NCBI RefSeq assembly: GCF_001735745.1
Contig: NZ_CP017260.1
Coordinates: forward strand, 1,110,001 to 1,142,000
Direction: 5' to 3'
Length of the DNA: 32,000 bases
Source: Formosa sp. Hel1_33_131
GTDB lineage: Bacteria; Bacteroidota; Bacteroidia; Flavobacteriales; Flavobacteriaceae
Numbering within the stretch: the stretch's first letter is position 1; every line of letters starts with the position of its first letter. Shown in pieces: positions 15,889 through 26,024 of this stretch. Both the position numbers and the translations under genes were made by a program. The notes under the pieces were generated by a model, which saw only the letters and a program-made list of their open reading frames with translations, had not been told where the DNA came from and did not search any database.

Positions 15889-16601
15889 TATTTTAATTTA
15901 TTCAAATACATATTAATCACATTGTCAATTCCTAAATACAAGCTCTCTGAAATGAGGGCGTGTCCGATAGAAACTTCTAACAATCCTGGGGAGTTTTCTT
16001 TGAAAAATTGAATGTTTTCGAGTGACAAATCGTGTCCTGCATTCAAACCTAAGTCCAATTGCAAAGCACGTTCTGCACATTCAGTGTAAGGAATCATTGC
16101 GTTTTTATTTCCAAGAGAAAATTGATGCGCAAATGCTTCGGTGTATAGCTCAATACGGTCTGCTCCTATTGCCTTCGAGCCCTCAACTTGTTTGAGGGTT
16201 GGGTCTAAAAACACCGAGGTTCGGATGTCGTTTTGTTTAAATTCTTGAATGATTTCGGTTAAAAACCCTTTATGTTTGAGGGTATCCCAGCCTGCATTGG
16301 ACGTAATTGCATCTTCTGCATCGGGTACTAAAGTGACTTGCGTGGGTTTGATTTTTAGCACCATGTCTATAAATTCTGGGATGGGATTTCCTTCAATATT
16401 ATATTCAGTATAAACGACTGATTTTAAATCGTAAGCATCTTGATAGCGAATGTGACGTTCATCTGGACGTGGGTGAATTGTGACCCCTTGAGCTCCAAAC
16501 TCTTGCACATCTTTAGCAAACTGAACTACATTGGGAGTATTGCCGCCTCTAGAGTTTCGTAGGGTGGCAATTTTATTGATATTAACGCTTAATTTGGTCA
16601 T
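15888..16601 (-). CDS. pdxJ: Pyridoxine 5'-phosphate synthase PdxJ
   Basis: LSVNINKIATLRNSRG, IHPRPDERHI, IELYT and LNAGHDL. The start is set at the ATG at 16601 (MTKLSV..). Confidence 0.92.
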   Translation of the reverse strand: MTKLSVNINKIATLRNSRGGNTPNVVQFAKDVQEFGAQGVTIHPRPDERHIRYQDAYDLKSVVYTEYNIEGNPIPEFIDMVLKIKPTQVTLVPDAEDAITSNAGWDTLKHKGFLTEIIQEFKQNDIRTSVFLDPTLKQVEGSKAIGADRIELYTEAFAHQFSLGNKNAMIPYTECAERALQLDLGLNAGHDLSLENIQFFKENSPGLLEVSIGHALISESLYLGIDNVINMYLNKLK

Positions 16602-16690
16602 TAAAAATTGAATTTGAAACAAAAATACAAAGTACTTAACGCTTAAAGTATATTATTTTTGATTAATTTGCATCTGATTAAAATGAACCC

Positions 16691-17347
16691 ATGCCTTTAA
16701 ATCAATTTATTATAAACGATCTAAACCCCTCAAGTCCTAAAACACTTGTAGAGGAGTTACAGACTGTTTTTAAACAGTTAACTTATTCGCATATTCCTAT
16801 TTTAAAAGATCAGGTTTATTTGGGTTGCTTGTCTGAAACAGATGTGTATTGCTTTGAATCCCATCAAGCCGTCTCAGAAGTACTCTATGCTGTGGAAGGT
16901 TTTTTTGTGCGAGATTCCTCCTTATGGCTCGATGTTTTGGAAGCGTTTGCGCAAAACAACTGTAACATCATGCCTGTTTTGGATGCTGAAAATAAGTATA
17001 TAGGTTATTATCAATTGAGCGATATTATTTCATTGTTTAATAAAACGCCTTTTTTTTCGGAGCCAGGCGGGATTCTTGTCATTGAAAAAGGGCAAAACGA
17101 TTTTTCGTTTAGTGAAATCAGTCAAATTGTAGAGTCTAATGACGCAAAATTACTAGGCGCTTTTATCTCTAAAAACGAAAATGATTTGACTCAAATTACG
17201 CTTAAAATTGGAGATTCTGGATTAAGCACCATTTTACAGGCATTTAGACGCTACGGATATACGATCATTTCGGGCCACGAAGACGACACTTTTTTACGAA
17301 CGCTTAAAGAACGATCGGCGTATTTAGACACCTATTTAAACCTTTAA
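16691..17347 (+). CDS. CBS domain-containing protein
   Basis: 218-aa ORF with two CBS-like segments (HIPILKDQVYLGCLSE and IMPVLDAENKYIGYYQLSDI). It lies directly upstream of nadK. Confidence 0.65.
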   Translation: MPLNQFIINDLNPSSPKTLVEELQTVFKQLTYSHIPILKDQVYLGCLSETDVYCFESHQAVSEVLYAVEGFFVRDSSLWLDVLEAFAQNNCNIMPVLDAENKYIGYYQLSDIISLFNKTPFFSEPGGILVIEKGQNDFSFSEISQIVESNDAKLLGAFISKNENDLTQITLKIGDSGLSTILQAFRRYGYTIISGHEDDTFLRTLKERSAYLDTYLNL

Positions 17348-17365
17348 GTGATAAAATCAACTCAA

Positions 17366-18247
17366 ATGAAAATAGCTGTTTATGGCCCCCTTTATAACGA
17401 GCGCTCAAAAAGCACAATTCAAACACTCATTGCGTATTTAAAAAAACGGGATGCCAAAGTAGTTTTTGAAAAAAACTTTCACGCGTCCATTGTGTCAGAT
17501 TCTGATATTGATTTAAGTTCTTACTTGTTTGATACTTTTAAAACTTTAGATGCATCCTTTGATTTGTTAATCAGCATTGGTGGCGATGGAACCATTTTAA
17601 GAGCCATTACATTTGTAAAAGATTTAACGATTCCGATTGTAGGAATCAACACGGGACGCTTAGGGTTTTTGGCAACCATTCCTATGAATACCATTCAAAA
17701 AGCGATGAATGAAATTTTTGAAGGAAATTATAGAATTTCAAAACGGAGCTTACTAACTATTGCTGTGGATACTAAAGACACTGCTTTTGATTTGGACTTC
17801 GCATTGAATGAAATTGCTGTAAGTCGAAAAAATACCACTTCTATGATTTCTGTTGAAACATGGTTAGACGACGAGTATCTAACCTCTTATTGGGCGGATG
17901 GCCTGATCGTTTCTACGCCTACCGGCTCAACAGGTTACTCTTTAAGTTGTGGCGGACCCGTTATCATACCAGAATCAGACAGCTTGGTACTAACACCCAT
18001 CGCACCTCACAATCTTAATGCACGTCCGTTAGTGATTTCGAGTGATAAGGTTATAAAATTAAAAGTCAGTGGTCGTGAAGAGCAGCACCTTGTTTCGTTA
18101 GACTCAAGAATCAACACCTTAGAAAACAATACGACCATCACCATTCAAAAAGCACCTTTTTGTATTCATATGATTGAACTCAAAGAAGATGGATTTTTAG
18201 AAACCCTTCGAAAAAAGCTGTTGTGGGGCGCAGACCCAAGGAATTAA
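17366..18247 (+). CDS. nadK: NAD(+) kinase
   Basis: GGDGT motif (ISIGGDGTILRA), NEIAV, and the DGLIVSTPTGSTGYSLS motif. The start is set at the ATG at 17366 (MKIAVYG); the ORF track starts at a GTG at 17348. Confidence 0.92.
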   Translation: MKIAVYGPLYNERSKSTIQTLIAYLKKRDAKVVFEKNFHASIVSDSDIDLSSYLFDTFKTLDASFDLLISIGGDGTILRAITFVKDLTIPIVGINTGRLGFLATIPMNTIQKAMNEIFEGNYRISKRSLLTIAVDTKDTAFDLDFALNEIAVSRKNTTSMISVETWLDDEYLTSYWADGLIVSTPTGSTGYSLSCGGPVIIPESDSLVLTPIAPHNLNARPLVISSDKVIKLKVSGREEQHLVSLDSRINTLENNTTITIQKAPFCIHMIELKEDGFLETLRKKLLWGADPRN

Positions 18248-18318
18248 GCAATATATCTTTAGAAATCAAGTTTAGTCATTAGCGAGAAAACAAATGACTT
18301 GTTCCATCTCTAAATTAT

Positions 18319-18326
18319 TATATTTG
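18319..18326 (+). promoter_or_regulatory. Candidate -7 promoter box TATATTTG
   Basis: It lies 17 nt upstream of the ATG at 18343. This supports TATATTTG as the promoter consensus in this genome. Confidence 0.35.
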
Positions 18327-18342
18327 CATTCTTAAAATCACA

Positions 18343-19032
18343 ATGAAAACAACTTTAACCCTTATATGTTTCCTTTTTATGTCGAGTTTGAGTTTTTCTC
18401 AAATCTACGAAATAGGTGGATTTGTGGGTGGAAGTAATTTTATTGGGGATGTAGGGTCAACTCAATTTGTGAATCCCAATAAACTTGCTTTTGGAGGGCT
18501 TTTTAAATGGAACCGAAGCCCCAGACATTCCTTGAGAGCGAGTTTGACGTACAGCACACTCTCTGCCAATGATGCATTATCAAGTGATCCTCGAAGAAAA
18601 CTACGTGCCTATAATTTTAATGCAGATATTTTAGAGGCTTCTGTTGGCATAGAGTTTAATTTTTTAGATTTTGATTTACATGCGGCAACGCCGATGTCCA
18701 CTCCTTATATTTATACGGGGATCAGCATGGCCAACCATCCGAATTTTTATTTCACCAACGTTGATTTAGTCTCTGAAAAAACAAGAAGCAATGCCTACGG
18801 AATTCCGATTACGCTAGGGTTCAAGACAACTTTGACACGGCATATTATTCTTGCTTTAGAAGTTGGGGCACGTTATACGTTTTCTGATGAACTCGATGGA
18901 AGTGAGCCTGACACAGAGGAATTAAAAAAAATTGTGCGTTTTGGCAATTTTAATAATAACGATTGGTATGTATTTAGCGGTTTTACATTAACTTACACCT
19001 TTGGTAGAAAACCTTGTTATTGTTATTTTTAA
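18343..19032 (+). CDS. Outer-membrane beta-barrel protein (DUF6089-like)
   Basis: Signal peptide MKTTLTLICFLFMSSLSFSQ, alternating beta-strand pattern, and a terminal aromatic-rich strand. Its position between nadK and uppS is typical for flavobacteria (from memory). Confidence 0.7.
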   Translation: MKTTLTLICFLFMSSLSFSQIYEIGGFVGGSNFIGDVGSTQFVNPNKLAFGGLFKWNRSPRHSLRASLTYSTLSANDALSSDPRRKLRAYNFNADILEASVGIEFNFLDFDLHAATPMSTPYIYTGISMANHPNFYFTNVDLVSEKTRSNAYGIPITLGFKTTLTRHIILALEVGARYTFSDELDGSEPDTEELKKIVRFGNFNNNDWYVFSGFTLTYTFGRKPCYCYF

Positions 19033-19033
19033 T

Positions 19034-19774
19034 ATGAGTCTAAAATCTAAAATCCATTCTGAAAACCTTCCAAAGCACATTGCCATCATTATGGATGGAA
19101 ATGGACGTTGGGCAAAAGAAAAAGGCTTTCTTAGAGTCTTTGGGCATGAAAATGGGACAAAGTCCGTCAAAACTACCGTAGAAAGCTGTGCCGAACTTGG
19201 TATAGAAAATTTGACGCTTTATGCTTTCTCGACTGAAAACTGGAATCGCCCTAAATTAGAAGTAAAAACTTTAATGCAACTTTTGATTTCTTCTTTAAAG
19301 AAAGAAATGAATACACTGCAAAAAAACAGTATCCGACTAAATGCCATAGGCAATCTTGAGCATCTGCCAGCACGTGTTCGGAAGGAATTATTGCATGTCA
19401 TTGATGAAACTAAGAACAACACACGGATGACTTTAACACTTGCATTGAGCTATGGTTCTAGGGATGAACTGGTGAATGCGACGAAACAAATATGTGATAA
19501 AGTTAAAAATAATATAATTTCAGTAGAAAATATCGATGAAACGCTAATTAATCAGCATCTTTACACCCAGAATTTGCCAGATGTTGATTTATTAATCCGT
19601 ACAAGTGGCGAAAAACGTATCAGTAATTTCCTTTTATGGCAGATTGCTTATGCAGAATTATATTTTACTGATGTATACTGGCCAGATTTTACGAATGAGA
19701 ATTTGTATGAAGCCATTATAAATTATCAAAAAAGAGAAAGACGATTTGGAAAAACAAGTGAACAGCTTCATTAA
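19034..19774 (+). CDS. uppS: Isoprenyl transferase / undecaprenyl diphosphate synthase
   Basis: HIAIIMDGNGRWA, TLYAFSTENWNRP and RTSGEKRISNFLLWQ. The start is set at the ATG at 19034. Confidence 0.95.
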   Translation: MSLKSKIHSENLPKHIAIIMDGNGRWAKEKGFLRVFGHENGTKSVKTTVESCAELGIENLTLYAFSTENWNRPKLEVKTLMQLLISSLKKEMNTLQKNSIRLNAIGNLEHLPARVRKELLHVIDETKNNTRMTLTLALSYGSRDELVNATKQICDKVKNNIISVENIDETLINQHLYTQNLPDVDLLIRTSGEKRISNFLLWQIAYAELYFTDVYWPDFTNENLYEAIINYQKRERRFGKTSEQLH

Positions 19775-22367
19775 TAAAGCTTTTAGATACAGAAATACAA
19801 TCCTTTGCTTTTGCTTACTTTTAAGCAGTTTTGTAATATTCTCCCAGGAAACAAAACCGAAAATAACAACATTTACCATTGCTGACATTACTGTCACTGG
19901 TGAAACCTCCTATGGTTCTGAAACCATCCTCACATATTCCGGGTTAAAAAAAGGGGAATCTGTAATTATCCCTGGTGGCGTCAAAATAAGTGCTGCAATC
20001 AAAAAATTGTGGGACTCTAACTTGTTTAGTAGTATTGAGGTGTATGCAACTAAAACGGAAGGAAGTAGTGTGTACTTAGAAGTTGCATTAAATGATTTAC
20101 CCGAACTGAAAGACGTCAAAATTGTGGGCGTCAAAAAAGGAAAAATAAAAGAGATCATTAAAGAAAACAACCTCACTTCAGGTGTTAAGGTTACCGAGAA
20201 TTTAATCACTACTACCAAGAATTATCTTGAAAACAAGTATCGTAAACTTGGGTTTTTAAATGCAAAAACAACCGTTACAACCTCTAAGGTTGTGGATTCT
20301 GTCAAAAAATCTCGAGTGAACATGTTGGTGCGAATTGATAGAGGTCAAAAAATAAAAGTTAAAAGCATTACTTTTGATGGTGCTGAAAAACTTAGTGCTA
20401 AAAAACTTCGTAAAGCAATGAAAAATACGAAGCAAAAAAACATATTTCGTGTGTTAAAGCGTTCTAAATATATTGAAGCCGATTACAAAGAAGATTTACA
20501 AAGTGTCGTTGATAAATATAAAGAAAAAGGATACAGAGATGCACGTGTTATTTCGGATACGCTCACAACAAACGACAACAACACAATCAGTTTAAATATT
20601 GGCGTAGAAGAAGGCGAAAAATACTATTATGGATCAATTAATTTCTTAGGAAACTCGATCTATTCTGATGAACAACTGAATCAAGTTTTAAAAATAAAAA
20701 GAGGAGACACCTATAACGGGATTGAATTAGAAAAAAGAATCGCAGACAATTCAGATCCTGATGCCTTTGATTTGACAAATTTATATCAGAACAATGGCTA
20801 TTTATTTTCTACAATTACACCTGTTGAAGTCAGTACTGATGGAAACATCATTGACATGGAAATTCGGGTTACGGAAGGAAAACCAGCATATTTCAAAAAC
20901 ATCAGTGTTTCTGGAAATGATAAAACAAATGATGCGGTTATCTATAGAGAACTTAGAACGCGACCCGGGCAATTGTACAGCAAGAGTAACATTGTAAGAA
21001 CCATTCGTGAACTTGGGCAGCTTGGGTATTTTGATGCACAGCAAATCTCACCAGATTTAAAGAACGTAAATCCAACAGATGGAACTTTAGATGTTGAATA
21101 TACAGTTGTTGAAAAAGGGGCTAGCCAGATTGAATTGCAAGGTGGTTATGGCGGTGGTGGATTCATCGGAACCTTAGGGCTTTCGTTCAATAATTTTGCG
21201 ATGAAAGATATTTTTAATAAAAAAGCTTACAAACCGTTTCCAATGGGTGATGGACAGAGCTTAGCATTGCGTTTACAAGCCAGTCGATTTTATCAGACTT
21301 ACAGCTTGTCATTTACAGAACCTTGGTTAGGTGGTAAAAAACCGGTGCAATTTTCTTCATCGCTTTCTCAAACTAAACAGTTTTTATACAATCCTGCGAC
21401 TCGAAATGCAGATAGAGATAGAAGCTTTAACATTACAGGAATTACATTTGGAATTGCTAAAAAACTATCCGTTCCAGATGATTACTTTGTATTGTCGCAA
21501 GCGGTAAGTTTCCAATACTATGATTTGAACAATTACAATACAGGCTTATTTACATTTGGAAATGGAAATTCTAACAACCTAGCCTATACCGTTGGATTAA
21601 GTCGAAACAATACGTTTAATGACCCTATATATCCTGAAGGGGGTTCTAGTTTCAGTTTAACTGCAAAACTGAGCTTCCCGTACTCCGCGGTCAACAATGT
21701 AGATTACGGCGCTTTGAAAAGAGAAAGAAAAGCCCAAGAGGATCTCAGAGATCAATATATAACGACGAATCTTCCCGAAGCACCCGAAATAGTAAATGCA
21801 GCCACGACTCGAATTGGCGAAATTGATCAAGAACGTTATAAATGGTTAGAATTTTATAAAATTAAATTTAAGGGAGAATGGTACACGAAGTTGGCTGGAA
21901 AGTTAATTTTGAAACCCACCTTTGAGTTTGGGTTTTTAGGAGCCTACAACAACGACAGAGGAGTTATTCCTTTTGAACGTTTCTTTCTTGGAGGAGATGG
22001 TTTAGGAACCTACAGTCTTGATGGAAGAGAAGCCATTGCATTACGAGGGTATCCAAATCAATCACTCTCAAGTCAAGATGGTGGATCAATTTATAATAAA
22101 TTCTCTTTAGAGCTAAGACATCCAATAACATTGGCACAACAAACAAAAATATATGCACTTGCCTTTTTAGAAGGTGGTGCTTCTTATAATAATTTTGATG
22201 ATTTCGATCCGTTCGCAATCAAACGATCAGCAGGAATTGGATTGCGATTATTTATGCCTGCTTTTGGTTTATTAGGGATTGATTTTGGGCATGGGTTTGA
22301 TCCATTACCAAATGAAACTGTTAAAAGTGGATGGCAAACCCACTTTATTATAGGACAACAATTTTAA
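19746..22367 (+). CDS. bamA: Outer membrane protein assembly factor BamA
   Basis: 873 aa with a signal sequence, POTRA-like repeats, and a C-terminal Omp85 barrel (FFLGG, GIDFGHGF). It follows uppS. The start is uncertain: TTG at 19746 or GTG at 19758. It overlaps the uppS 3' end. Confidence 0.9.
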   Translation: MEKQVNSFINKAFRYRNTILCFCLLLSSFVIFSQETKPKITTFTIADITVTGETSYGSETILTYSGLKKGESVIIPGGVKISAAIKKLWDSNLFSSIEVYATKTEGSSVYLEVALNDLPELKDVKIVGVKKGKIKEIIKENNLTSGVKVTENLITTTKNYLENKYRKLGFLNAKTTVTTSKVVDSVKKSRVNMLVRIDRGQKIKVKSITFDGAEKLSAKKLRKAMKNTKQKNIFRVLKRSKYIEADYKEDLQSVVDKYKEKGYRDARVISDTLTTNDNNTISLNIGVEEGEKYYYGSINFLGNSIYSDEQLNQVLKIKRGDTYNGIELEKRIADNSDPDAFDLTNLYQNNGYLFSTITPVEVSTDGNIIDMEIRVTEGKPAYFKNISVSGNDKTNDAVIYRELRTRPGQLYSKSNIVRTIRELGQLGYFDAQQISPDLKNVNPTDGTLDVEYTVVEKGASQIELQGGYGGGGFIGTLGLSFNNFAMKDIFNKKAYKPFPMGDGQSLALRLQASRFYQTYSLSFTEPWLGGKKPVQFSSSLSQTKQFLYNPATRNADRDRSFNITGITFGIAKKLSVPDDYFVLSQAVSFQYYDLNNYNTGLFTFGNGNSNNLAYTVGLSRNNTFNDPIYPEGGSSFSLTAKLSFPYSAVNNVDYGALKRERKAQEDLRDQYITTNLPEAPEIVNAATTRIGEIDQERYKWLEFYKIKFKGEWYTKLAGKLILKPTFEFGFLGAYNNDRGVIPFERFFLGGDGLGTYSLDGREAIALRGYPNQSLSSQDGGSIYNKFSLELRHPITLAQQTKIYALAFLEGGASYNNFDDFDPFAIKRSAGIGLRLFMPAFGLLGIDFGHGFDPLPNETVKSGWQTHFIIGQQF

Positions 22368-22496
22368 TATTTGGAACGGTATTTTCTATAAGCAAACAGA
22401 ATGAATGGAGTTAAGTTGAAATATTTTAAAATTTATTTCGTTAATTTGAAGCACATAGAGCAAAACCTAATTCCAATAATTTGAAACCATTGTAAA

Positions 22497-23627
22497 ATGA
22501 ATTTGTTAACTTTAAAACTCTTAAAACTGACCTCTTTTAAAAAAGCATGTATTTTGTTTTTTTTATGCCTAATAGGCACATCTATATATGCACAAAAAAG
22601 AAGTGTCCGTATTGGCTATATAGATACCGAATATATTCTAGAAAATGTCACCGAATATTCTAATGCCAATGCACAATTGGATTCTAAAATCCAGCAGTGG
22701 AAAAGCGAAATTGAAAAACGCTTAACAGAGCTCGAGGATCAAAAAAAGCAACTTAATAATGAGCGTATTCTTCTCACAAACGAACTTATTTCTGAGCGTG
22801 AAGAAGATTTACAAATTATTGAAAATGAAATTATTGAGTACCAGCAAAACCGTTTTGGTCCAAATGGGGATTTGATGATTCAAAAACAACAACTCATACA
22901 ACCGATTCAAGATCAAATTTTTGCAGCCGTTCAAGAAATTGCCGCATCCAAAAAATACGATTTCATATTTGACAAATCTGCCGATGTTGTGATGCTGTAT
23001 TCTGCAGACCGTTATGACATTAGCGAGCAAGTTTTGCGCACCATCAACAGATCGTCTAAGAGAACCCAAGTGGACTCTAGAAAAGAACGCAAAGAAGCAG
23101 AGGAAGAGGAAATGATCGTAGAAGTGGACGGCACTAAAGATGACCGTCAAAGATTATTAGACGAAAGAAAAGCTGAACGCGAAGCATTGTTAGAAGAAAA
23201 GCGACAAAAGAAATTGGACGCTCGTGAAGCAAGAAGAAAAGAAGTGCAAGCTAAAAAGCAAAAAGCACTAGACAAACGTGCAAAGGCAAAATCGGGTAAA
23301 ACATCTACGACTCCTGAAACCGCTACAGAGGCTAAAGAAGATACTGAAAAATCTTTAACGACTGAAAGTACCGAAAAAGTAGATCCAAGAGAAGCACGTA
23401 AAAAAGAACTTGCCGCTAAAAAACAAAAGGCATTAGATAAACGTGCCAATGCAAAAGCAGAAAAAACAACTCCCAAAACAACAGCTGCGAAAGCTTCAGA
23501 AGTCCTAAATGATAGAGAAGTTCGTAAAAAAGCATTGCAGGAAAAGAAAAAACAAGCTTTGGCTGAGCGTAAAGCACGACTTGAAGCTCAGAAGAAGAAA
23601 AGAGATAGCATTAGAAACAATAAATAA
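22497..23627 (+). CDS. OmpH/Skp-family periplasmic chaperone with a ~190-aa Lys/Glu/Ala-rich C-terminal tail
   Basis: Signal peptide, then a Skp-like coiled region (IGYIDTEYIL...KKYDFIFDKSADVVMLY). From about nt 23052 there is a charged low-complexity tail with three related ~30-45-aa repeats. Confidence 0.8.
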   Translation: MNLLTLKLLKLTSFKKACILFFLCLIGTSIYAQKRSVRIGYIDTEYILENVTEYSNANAQLDSKIQQWKSEIEKRLTELEDQKKQLNNERILLTNELISEREEDLQIIENEIIEYQQNRFGPNGDLMIQKQQLIQPIQDQIFAAVQEIAASKKYDFIFDKSADVVMLYSADRYDISEQVLRTINRSSKRTQVDSRKERKEAEEEEMIVEVDGTKDDRQRLLDERKAEREALLEEKRQKKLDAREARRKEVQAKKQKALDKRAKAKSGKTSTTPETATEAKEDTEKSLTTESTEKVDPREARKKELAAKKQKALDKRANAKAEKTTPKTTAAKASEVLNDREVRKKALQEKKKQALAERKARLEAQKKKRDSIRNNK

Positions 23628-23651
23628 ATTTAAATCATAAACACAATTACA

Positions 23652-24161
23652 ATGAAACACTTAAAATCACTTTTATTAGCAACTACACTTTTTGTTGCAA
23701 CAAGTTTTACAGCACAAGCACAAAGTAAAGTTGCGCATATTAATACGCAAGAATTAGTAGAAGCGATGCCAGAAATGCAAAGTGCAAAAGCAGAATTAGA
23801 AAAATTGGCTAAAACCTATGAAACGGATATTCAGGCTATGGCCACTGAATTACAAAACAAAATAAAACAATACGATGGTGAGTCTTCTACCAAAACTGAT
23901 GAAGAGAATGGAAAACGTTTACAAGAAGTTCAAGGAATGGAACAAAGTATTCGTCAATACCAAACACAAGCACAGCAAGACTTACAGAAAAAAGAGTTTG
24001 ATCTTTTAAAGCCAATCACTGAGAAAGCAAAAAATGCGATTCTTAAAGTTGGAAAAGCAAAAGGATTCGATTATGTACTTGATGCTTCTCAAGGGCAAGG
24101 CGTTATCTTTGCTGGTGGTACTGACTTATTAGTAGACGTAAAAACTGAATTAGGGTTTTAA
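23652..24161 (+). CDS. OmpH/Skp-family periplasmic chaperone
   Basis: 169 aa with a signal peptide, KVAHINTQELV and KGFDYVLD motifs. It is the second ompH gene after bamA. Confidence 0.88.
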   Translation: MKHLKSLLLATTLFVATSFTAQAQSKVAHINTQELVEAMPEMQSAKAELEKLAKTYETDIQAMATELQNKIKQYDGESSTKTDEENGKRLQEVQGMEQSIRQYQTQAQQDLQKKEFDLLKPITEKAKNAILKVGKAKGFDYVLDASQGQGVIFAGGTDLLVDVKTELGF

Positions 24162-24185
24162 TAAAACACCTCTCAAATAATTTAT

Positions 24186-24220
24186 AAAAAGCTGCCTCTA
24201 TTAGAGCAGCTTTTTTATTT
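24186..24220 (+). terminator. Rho-independent terminator after the bamA-ompH-ompH unit
   Basis: AAAAAGCTGCCTCTAttAGAGCAGC is followed by TTTTTTATTTTT. Confidence 0.7.
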
Positions 24221-24229
24221 TTGTAATGT

Positions 24230-25012
24230 ATGAGTTCAAAACCCATTGGTATATTTGATTCTGGCGTAGGAGGCCTTTCTATTTGGAGTGAAATCCATCA
24301 ACTGCTTCCTATGGAATCTACTGTGTACCTTTCGGACTCCAAACATGCTCCCTACGGCCCTAAGGGAAAAGAAGCCATCATTAATCTTTCTATTAAAAAT
24401 ACAGAGTGGCTCATGAATCAAGGCTGTAAGCTGATTGTTGTGGCTTGCAATACAGCCACAACCAATGCTATTGATACGTTAAGGAAAAACTACCCCATTC
24501 CCTTTATTGGTATTGAACCGGCTATCAAACCCGCAGCACTTCAATCAAAATCTAAAGCAATTGGGATTTTAGCAACGAAAGGCACGCTTAGCAGTCAATT
24601 GTTTCACGAAACCTCTCAACTGTACTCTAGTGATTTAATAGTGATAGAACAAGTGGGAAACGGCATTGTAGAGCTCATTGAAAATGGCGCCTTGTATTCT
24701 GATGAGATGAAGCACTTACTTCAAAGCTACCTCCAACCCATGCTTGATGCTGAAATAGATTGTTTGGTTTTAGGCTGCACACATTATCATTTTTTGACTC
24801 CTATTTTAAAACAGCTATTGCCTAAGCATGTCAAAATTATTGACTCTGGAAAAGCAGTTGCGAAACAAACAAAGGCAGTCTTAGAAAGTAATATCTTGTT
24901 GAATACTAAAACTTCTGTGGAACCGAATCGTTTTTATACCAATGGTGAAGAAAACGTGATTGCTTCACTCCTGAAATCTGAAACGGCTTCTATTAAAAAA
25001 TTAGCGTTTTAG
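24230..25012 (+). CDS. murI: Glutamate racemase MurI
   Basis: IGIFDSGVGGLS, VVACNTA and LGCTHY catalytic Cys contexts. Confidence 0.95.
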   Translation: MSSKPIGIFDSGVGGLSIWSEIHQLLPMESTVYLSDSKHAPYGPKGKEAIINLSIKNTEWLMNQGCKLIVVACNTATTNAIDTLRKNYPIPFIGIEPAIKPAALQSKSKAIGILATKGTLSSQLFHETSQLYSSDLIVIEQVGNGIVELIENGALYSDEMKHLLQSYLQPMLDAEIDCLVLGCTHYHFLTPILKQLLPKHVKIIDSGKAVAKQTKAVLESNILLNTKTSVEPNRFYTNGEENVIASLLKSETASIKKLAF

Positions 25013-25014
25013 TT

Positions 25015-26019
25015 TTAATTTACACTCGGGCAATTACAGTCGTATTTTTCTTTCTTACATCCAAAGTTAAAGCCTAAGGTCACTTGGTGATAGCCTCCGT
25101 TATTAAAAACTACCGAATTCGCTTGGTATGAATACGTATAAGCAAATACAAAGTTATTGTATTCTACTCCTACGATTGGTGTAAAATATTGAAGCTTTTG
25201 ACTGCTTACACCTGATCCAGTAGAGAATTCAGCACCATCAAAACTTCTTCTGTATGAAATTCCTGCAAATAGTTTTCCAAAATCTAACTCTTTATAGGAT
25301 TTGAAATTAACGTCAATAAACGATTCTTTGGTAGCATCTTTATAGGCGTACATCAAAGAGGGCTCAAAGCTCCAGTCACTACCGAATTTAGAAAATACAT
25401 TCCCTGCAGACAGCAAGTAAGTCCTAAGATTGTCATAGCTTATACCTTGTTCATTGATATTAATTCCTTCATTTGCTAAAACATTTTTAACAGTTGCATG
25501 CGCATAAAAATTAATGAAATGGTAAGAAAATCCAAAATCAATATTAAAATCGGATGCACTTTGTTCAATCCCTGCAATAATTGGATCAAACTCTAAAAAA
25601 GCCGTTTCATCTAGCTTGTATTGAATCAATCCAGCACTCAAACCAAATGATAACATATTTAAATCAATCGTGTTTCTTGAAAATAAAAGGTGATGCGCAT
25701 AGGTCAAATAAGCCCCTGATTGAGAGTGGTATCCATTTTTGTCATTAAAAAAAATAGCCCCAACTCCTGAAGAAGATTCTCCAATACGTCCATTTATACT
25801 CATCGTCTGTAAACTTGGAGCATCTTCATCTCCAAACCATTGTTGACGGCCTGTAAGTCGAACTTTATTACAATTGGAAACACCTGCCATTGAAGGGTGA
25901 AGTAAATAATAATTATCCGTTAAATAATCAGAATATATTGGTAATCCTTCCTGAGCGCTTATAGATTGTGTGAACATTCCTATAATGGCAATAAACACAA
26001 ACTTCTTAAATACTGTCAT
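25015..26019 (-). CDS. Type IX secretion system membrane protein, PorP/SprF family
   Basis: 334 aa. Signal peptide, then PIYSDYLTDNYYLLHPSMAG, and a predicted beta-barrel. It lies 5 nt downstream of a type-B CTD cargo gene, like the sprB-sprF arrangement. Confidence 0.88.
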   Translation of the reverse strand: MTVFKKFVFIAIIGMFTQSISAQEGLPIYSDYLTDNYYLLHPSMAGVSNCNKVRLTGRQQWFGDEDAPSLQTMSINGRIGESSSGVGAIFFNDKNGYHSQSGAYLTYAHHLLFSRNTIDLNMLSFGLSAGLIQYKLDETAFLEFDPIIAGIEQSASDFNIDFGFSYHFINFYAHATVKNVLANEGININEQGISYDNLRTYLLSAGNVFSKFGSDWSFEPSLMYAYKDATKESFIDVNFKSYKELDFGKLFAGISYRRSFDGAEFSTGSGVSSQKLQYFTPIVGVEYNNFVFAYTYSYQANSVVFNNGGYHQVTLGFNFGCKKEKYDCNCPSVN

Positions 26020-26024
26020 AAATA

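Noticed and set aside
18988-22218. Minus-strand ORFs 18988-19170, 19219-19422, 19658-19897, 19910-20218, 20802-21044 and 21964-22218, and the + strand out-of-frame ORF 20794-20997.
   Set aside because: They are embedded in the DUF6089, uppS and bamA coding regions and are shadow frames.
22809-23476. Two long antisense ORFs (113 and 109 aa) opposite the ompH tail.
   Set aside because: They are a by-product of the repetitive AAG/GAA/GCA-rich coding sequence. Their translations are low-complexity Ser/Phe/Leu strings.
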